Source: Pedosphaera sp.
GTDB taxonomy: Bacteria > Verrucomicrobiota > Verrucomicrobiia > Limisphaerales > SIBH01
NCBI GenBank assembly: GCA_031414955.1
Contig: JANOQV010000143.1
Location: 1 to 39,664 of the forward strand
Reading direction: 5' to 3'
DNA length: 39,664 bases
In this document: in pieces, positions 35,088 through 39,664 of the stretch
Layout: each line of letters starts with the position of its first letter
Numbering within the stretch: the first letter of the stretch is position 1
Notes under the pieces: generated by a model
Told to the model about the DNA's origin: nothing
Seen by the model: only the letters and a program-made list of their open reading frames with translations
The model's database searches: none
Made by a program: the position numbers and the translations under genes

Positions 35088-35614
35088 GCGGAAGACTGGC
35101 CGAAACCAATCCAGTTCCGAACATCAGCGTTCATTTCGGCCAATCCTGAGAGTCCACCAACTCCGCCATCGATTGCTCCGCATTCACCACACTCAGACTG
35201 CTGGATTGGACCTGTCTCCTCACCAGCAGATTTCCCGGACCCATCAGGCTGCGCGCCGCTGGGAATGATGTCCTTCACCTTCACCAGCAAGTCGCCGCCG
35301 ATGCTCCGCCCAGTTGATCATTGGCAAAGTCACTCTGTTTGAAGCCGTGCGGCGCCCATCACGAGCATGGCGGTGGTGCTGGTGGTCAGTGCGAGCTTGA
35401 AGGGACAGGCTCCTTCATCGAGATGCCAAGGTCGCCGAGGAGAGCATCCACGGTGTTCGATCCGGTGCTGGCTCCCCGCCATGACTCCCCGCTCAAAACC
35501 CGCGCGCCAGTCTGTTGGCCACAGGCCCGGAAGATGCGCCGGCGCGGAACCTCGTCCTGTCTTGAAAACCGTTGACGGCCATATCGAAGCCAGTAAATTA
35601 CGCGCCCTTTGATT

Positions 35615-35689
35615 TCCAGAGTAGCTCAATGGTAGAGCACGCGGCTGTTAACCGTGTGGTTGAAGGTTCGAGTCCTTCCTCTGGAGCCA
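35615..35689 (+). tRNA. tRNA-Asn (GTT)
   Basis: TCCAGAG...CGCGG-CTGTTAA-CCGTG...GAAGGTTCGAGTCCTTC-CTCTGGA-GCCA. Upstream TTGACG-N16-TAAATT at 35572-35599. Confidence 0.96.
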
Positions 35690-35869
35690 TTTCAAACGGC
35701 GTGCAAATACACAGGACTCCGCAGTCAAAGACGACGTTTCCGAGCAAGTATCAGGGGCATTGCCACCAAAAACCCACGTTCGAAGCCACTCCGAAACCAT
35801 TCGCGTGAACGCTTGGGCGTTCACCCCCCTACTCGATAACAGGCGGACACAAAGACTTCGTATGTTGGA

Positions 35870-36232
35870 ATGATGGTAGTGCAAGGAGCAGACAGATTGT
35901 GCAAACGCGACGGTGGAGTGTTCTACATCCACCCCAACGCCACGGGGCGGCAAACCAGCCTCAGCACCAAAGACCCGAAAGAAGCTAAAGAACTAATCAC
36001 GGCCAAGAACCACGCGGCGAACAAGCCGTTGCTGAATCTGGCCTTGGGGAAAGCCTACCTCAGGGCGGTTGACCCGCAGTGTTCCACGCGAAGGAAGGCT
36101 TCGTGTTCCCCACGATAGCGCAGACGGACAACAAGACGCGGGCGGCTGAGTTCCGCCGCCGCTAGCGAACGGTCAAAATCTCAGGAGTGTCCCGGCATAG
36201 CTATCGTTCTGCTTGGGCTTAAAGCGCGCGGG
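35870..36232 (+). pseudogene. Internally deleted tyrosine integrase remnant
   Basis: N-terminal TGRQTSLSTKDPKEA...LNLALGKAYL is joined to FVFP...RAAEFRRR*...SRHSYRSAWA*. Both parts match the 24363..25466 integrase. Confidence 0.85.
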
Positions 36233-36338
36233 CTGAAAACGGGAAAGCGCGAACATCCACCGACCGGCTAAATCAACAAAACTGGGTGTCCGCTCAAACG
36301 AGGCTTTGTTCCACCGCCTGTTTGGAACGGGCTTCTGG

Positions 36339-36980
36339 TCAAGCTCGAAACCGGCGCATGAAGAGGCGGATAAAAATCAACCCGGCGATCAGTCCGCCGA
36401 GATGCGCCGCGTGCGCCACATGCGCGCCGAGCAGCCAGTTCGGGAAGACCATCCCCACCACGGTGATGACGGCCGCCACCGACAGCATCCGGTTCGCAGT
36501 CATGCGCACCGGGATGACGAAGAACAACAGCACGGTCATGCGCGCCTCGGGGAAAAGTTGGGTGAATGCGGCCACGAGACCGAAGACACCGGCGGATGCG
36601 CCCACCACCGATCCGCCAAAGCGCGCATCTGACAGGGCGCTGGCCAGAACCTGCAAAACTCCTCCGGTCACGCCACTCAGAAAGTAAGTCGCCGCCAGCC
36701 GCGATTTCCCGAGGGCCGCTTCCAGCGGAGGGCCAAAGACAAAGATGCCCCAACAGTTGAGCAGCAGGTGCATCCAGCCTCCGTGCAGCAATTGAAAGCT
36801 GAGCAACTGCCAATAGTAGCCATGCTTCAGCCCGCGCAGGCTCAAGGCGCCATACTTCGCCAGGGAGAAATCGGTCCGGGCTTCGATCCAAATTTCGGCG
36901 AGGAACGCGATGATGTTCAGCGCGATCAACGCCATCGTGAAAGGCGGAAACCGCCTGGGAACATTCCCACCCCCCATCAT
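36339..36980 (-). CDS. Rhomboid-family intramembrane serine protease
   Basis: WQLLSFQLLHGGWMHLLLN, VGASAG and HAAHLGG motifs. Confidence 0.9.
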   Translation of the reverse strand: MMGGGNVPRRFPPFTMALIALNIIAFLAEIWIEARTDFSLAKYGALSLRGLKHGYYWQLLSFQLLHGGWMHLLLNCWGIFVFGPPLEAALGKSRLAATYFLSGVTGGVLQVLASALSDARFGGSVVGASAGVFGLVAAFTQLFPEARMTVLLFFVIPVRMTANRMLSVAAVITVVGMVFPNWLLGAHVAHAAHLGGLIAGLIFIRLFMRRFRA

Positions 36981-37026
36981 GAATCCATCTGCCACGCGCG
37001 AAGGCTAGAGGCGGGGAGGCGTGGTT

Positions 37027-37977
37027 TCAAAATGTTTCAGCCAGATTCAACCCGTGGGTGTGAATGGACGGCACGCCCTCCGTCTCGAGGACGACCAAAC
37101 AACGCATCTCGGGCCAAACCTGCACCAGGCCGGGCAGCAGTTCCGGCGCAGTCAGCAGTGCGGTGGAAAGCGCGTCGGAGGCCGTGGCTTCAGGCAGAAT
37201 CACCGCGCTCAACCGGGCCTGGATCGCTGGCTGGCCCGTGCGCGGATCGATGATATGGCCGTAGCATTTTTCCCCGGCGCGGAAGGAACGTCCCCAGACG
37301 GCGGAGACGGACAACGATTCGTCCTGGAGTTGCACCGTGGTGAGCGGCGGCGCGGACGCGTGATTGTCTGGCGAGGGAACCGTGATTTTCCAGCGTGCGC
37401 TGCCCGGCGGGCGCCCGATTGCATACGCGGTGCTCGTGCCGCCGTGGAGCAAAGCGCTCGTCACACCGGCTTCGCGCAAGATTTCCGCCGCGCGATCTAC
37501 GGCGAAGCCTTTGCCGATGGCCCCAAAGTCGAGCATCACGCCCGGATGCGCGAAACGCACGGTCAGTCGGTCTGCATCCAGTTCGACCAGGTGCATTCCC
37601 ACTGCGGCTCTCGCAGCCTCGACTGCGGCGGGATCGGGGAGGGAACCGTTGCCGCCCATGAAGCCCCAGCAGCGCACCAGCGGCGCGATGGTGATGTCAA
37701 ACGCGCCGCCGCTCGCCAGGGAAAACCTGCGCGCCCGCGACAGCAACTGAAACAGTCCGGGCGTGACCCGGACGGGACCGTCAGACGCGCGCTGGTTGAG
37801 CCGCGCCAGTTCACTGCCGGGACGGTAGAGGCTGAGTTGCGATTCGAGGCGCTCGATTTCATCGAGAGCCTCCTCGCCGGCGGCGCGCAGAGCGCGAGGA
37901 TCGTCGCCATGGAGGACGATCTCGAATCTCGTCGCCATGGCGTGGCGCGCAACCAGCATGGGGGCCGAGGAGTTCAC
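37027..37977 (-). CDS. apbE: FAD:protein FMN transferase
   Basis: AMAT, GGAFDITIAPL, LDFGAIGKG, HIIDPRTG and SDALSTA motifs. Confidence 0.9.
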   Translation of the reverse strand: MNSSAPMLVARHAMATRFEIVLHGDDPRALRAAGEEALDEIERLESQLSLYRPGSELARLNQRASDGPVRVTPGLFQLLSRARRFSLASGGAFDITIAPLVRCWGFMGGNGSLPDPAAVEAARAAVGMHLVELDADRLTVRFAHPGVMLDFGAIGKGFAVDRAAEILREAGVTSALLHGGTSTAYAIGRPPGSARWKITVPSPDNHASAPPLTTVQLQDESLSVSAVWGRSFRAGEKCYGHIIDPRTGQPAIQARLSAVILPEATASDALSTALLTAPELLPGLVQVWPEMRCLVVLETEGVPSIHTHGLNLAETF

Positions 37978-37998
37978 GCGGACTGGCCGTCAGACGGG

Positions 37999-39279
37999 CT
38001 AACGTTTGAACAAGACATCGCGCTCATACTGCTTCACCTCCACGAGCCACGCTTCGCCAACGGGGACACCCTGGCTTTCGCAGTATTGATCCCAGACCGC
38101 ACCGAAGGGCAGCGCCCGGGCCTCTTCCTGCAAGGCCAGTCGAGCCGTCCGATCGCCCGCCTCCTCGGCCCGCCGGATGGCCGGCGGTTCGAGCAGACCG
38201 AGCAACAACGCCCGCAACAGGTTGCGCGTACCGATGACCCACGCGGCGACACGGTTGATGCTGGCATCGAAATAATCCAGCCCGAGATGCACCCGCTTCC
38301 CATAGCCGTTGGCCACCACCTCGCGGGCGATGGCCTGGAGTTCATCCGTGAAAGTCACCACATGGTCGCTGTCCCAACGCACCCCCCGGCTGACGTGCAG
38401 CAGAATTTCAGGCAAGAACTGGAGCACGCTGGAGATCTTGTCCGCGATGGACTCCGTCGGATGAAAATGCCCGGCGTCCAGGCAGAGCAGCTTGCCGCGC
38501 GTGGCGGCATAGCCGAGGCAGAACTCGTGGGAGCCAACCGTGCAACTCTCGGCCCCGAGGCCGAAGAGCTTTGGTTCCAAGGCGTCGAGATTGAACTTGA
38601 GAGGCTGGCAGAAGATTTGATCCAGCGAGGCCGCGAGACGCGCCCGCGGTGCGGATCGGTCGGCGGGCGTGTCCTTGAAGCCGTCCGGAATCCACACGTT
38701 GGTCACGCAGGGACTGTTCAGCGCGCGGCCCATCGCCGCCCCGATCCGGCGACTCTCGATGCAGTGCTCGATCCAGAATTGCCGGATGTCTTTATCGTGG
38801 TGGCTGAGCGTAAAACCGTCCGCGGCCTTGGGATGGGCAAAACAAGTCGGGTTGAAATCCAGTCCGAGCCGGTGCTGCCGCGCCCAATCGATCCAGTTTT
38901 GGAAATGCCGGATTTCGATTTCATTACGCTCCACCTTCTGGCCGCCAAACTCGCCGTAGCAAGCGTGCAGGTTCAGCCGGTGACGGCCGGGAATGAGAGA
39001 GAGCGCCATCTCCAAATCAGAGCGCAATTCGTCCGGCGTGCGCGCCTTGCCGGGGTGGTTGCCGGTCACGGCCAACCCGCCGCCCAGCGCGCGACCAAGG
39101 TTTTCAAAGCCGCCCACGTCATCGCCCTGCCAGCAATGCAGCGAGACAGGAATCCGCACCAACTCCTCAAGCGCGCGGTCGGCGTCCACATCCAGCGCGG
39201 CGTAGCGTTCGAGGGCTAGTTGATAGGCCCGAGCGACGGGGTGGTGGCGGCGGCGCGGGCGTGGCGATGATCGGCTCAT
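37999..39279 (-). CDS. rhaA: L-rhamnose isomerase
   Basis: [33 protein letters not shown] and [10 protein letters not shown] motifs. Confidence 0.96.
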   Translation of the reverse strand: MSRSSPRPRRRHHPVARAYQLALERYAALDVDADRALEELVRIPVSLHCWQGDDVGGFENLGRALGGGLAVTGNHPGKARTPDELRSDLEMALSLIPGRHRLNLHACYGEFGGQKVERNEIEIRHFQNWIDWARQHRLGLDFNPTCFAHPKAADGFTLSHHDKDIRQFWIEHCIESRRIGAAMGRALNSPCVTNVWIPDGFKDTPADRSAPRARLAASLDQIFCQPLKFNLDALEPKLFGLGAESCTVGSHEFCLGYAATRGKLLCLDAGHFHPTESIADKISSVLQFLPEILLHVSRGVRWDSDHVVTFTDELQAIAREVVANGYGKRVHLGLDYFDASINRVAAWVIGTRNLLRALLLGLLEPPAIRRAEEAGDRTARLALQEEARALPFGAVWDQYCESQGVPVGEAWLVEVKQYERDVLFKR

Positions 39280-39610
39280 GTCTTACGGAGCTTAGAAAAC
39301 ACGCGTTGGCCCGGCCACAATATTTCCCAGTCCGAAGCCAGCACGACACGGGGTGGAATTATCTTGCGGCCCTCCGCACGTCGCGCCGCGCCGGAGGATC
39401 GCAGACTCGAGTCGTGGAGCAGGATGCGGGGAAATATTTTCCGCAGAACCACCACTCACCGATCCAGGACGGTGCCGCCGCCGGCGGAGACATCGCGACG
39501 AAAATTTCCGCCGCGAGACCGGCGCGGGTGCATCTTGACACTGTTCTTAAAGTGAGGTGGTCACGGTTCCTCGACCGGCAAAAACAAGAACATGGCTGTC
39601 GTGTCGTCAC

Positions 39611-39664
39611 ATGAAAAAAGCATCGCCCCCAAGTCAACCCAGTCCCGCGCCCAAGCCCCGGCCC
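39611..39664 (+). CDS. Possible start of a divergent gene running off the window
   Basis: ATG AAA AAA... stays open to the edge. TTGACA at 39535. Confidence 0.3.
   Translation, partial: MKKASPPSQPSPAPKPRP

Noticed and set aside
35088..35570. Possible gene or ncRNA between clpX and tRNA-Asn
   Set aside because: No ORF with recognisable motifs and no convincing structure. It may be a decayed fragment, but I cannot support a call.
37021..39219. 732-aa plus-strand ORF
   Set aside because: Antisense shadow of apbE and rhaA in GC-rich DNA, with no recognisable motifs.
1..39664. CRISPR array or rRNA
   Set aside because: No regularly spaced repeats or rRNA signatures seen.

Overview
GC-rich bacterial DNA, most likely Verrucomicrobiota/PVC (inferred from a PVC-type CxxCH heme protein, a perfect TGTTC-N4-GAACA SOS box and the integrase type). 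Bases 1 to ~25640 are the right part of an integrative genomic island. It is anchored at the 3' end of tRNA-Cys by a tyrosine recombinase, and its other end lies outside the window. The island carries four blocks. (i) A protease/TPR-rich cluster: CRR6-like ORF, a ~140-nt rod-shaped structured element with a terminator, a TPR + degenerate FtsK fusion, an M28-like peptidase, a C39-like protein and a CHAT/caspase-like protein. (ii) A co-oriented DNA-damage module: DUF72, a small Cys/His protein, a membrane-anchored Mrr, LexA, and one 1457-aa ORF fusing an apparently active DinB (Pol IV) to an apparently active DnaE2-type Pol III alpha. This module has two different operator-like palindromes. (iii) An arsenic operon, arsR-D-A-(Cys-tailed FmdB-like)-C-M-aquaporin, with no arsB/acr3. 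(iv) SRPBCC, membrane, MFS, TPR and GIY-YIG genes. Right of tRNA-Cys are IS5 and IS1380 remnants and an MmeI-like fragment. Backbone genes follow (PVC heme protein, clpP, clpX, tRNA-Asn with a decayed integrase of the same family, rhomboid, apbE, rhaA). All assignments come from motif recognition by eye; no database search was run.
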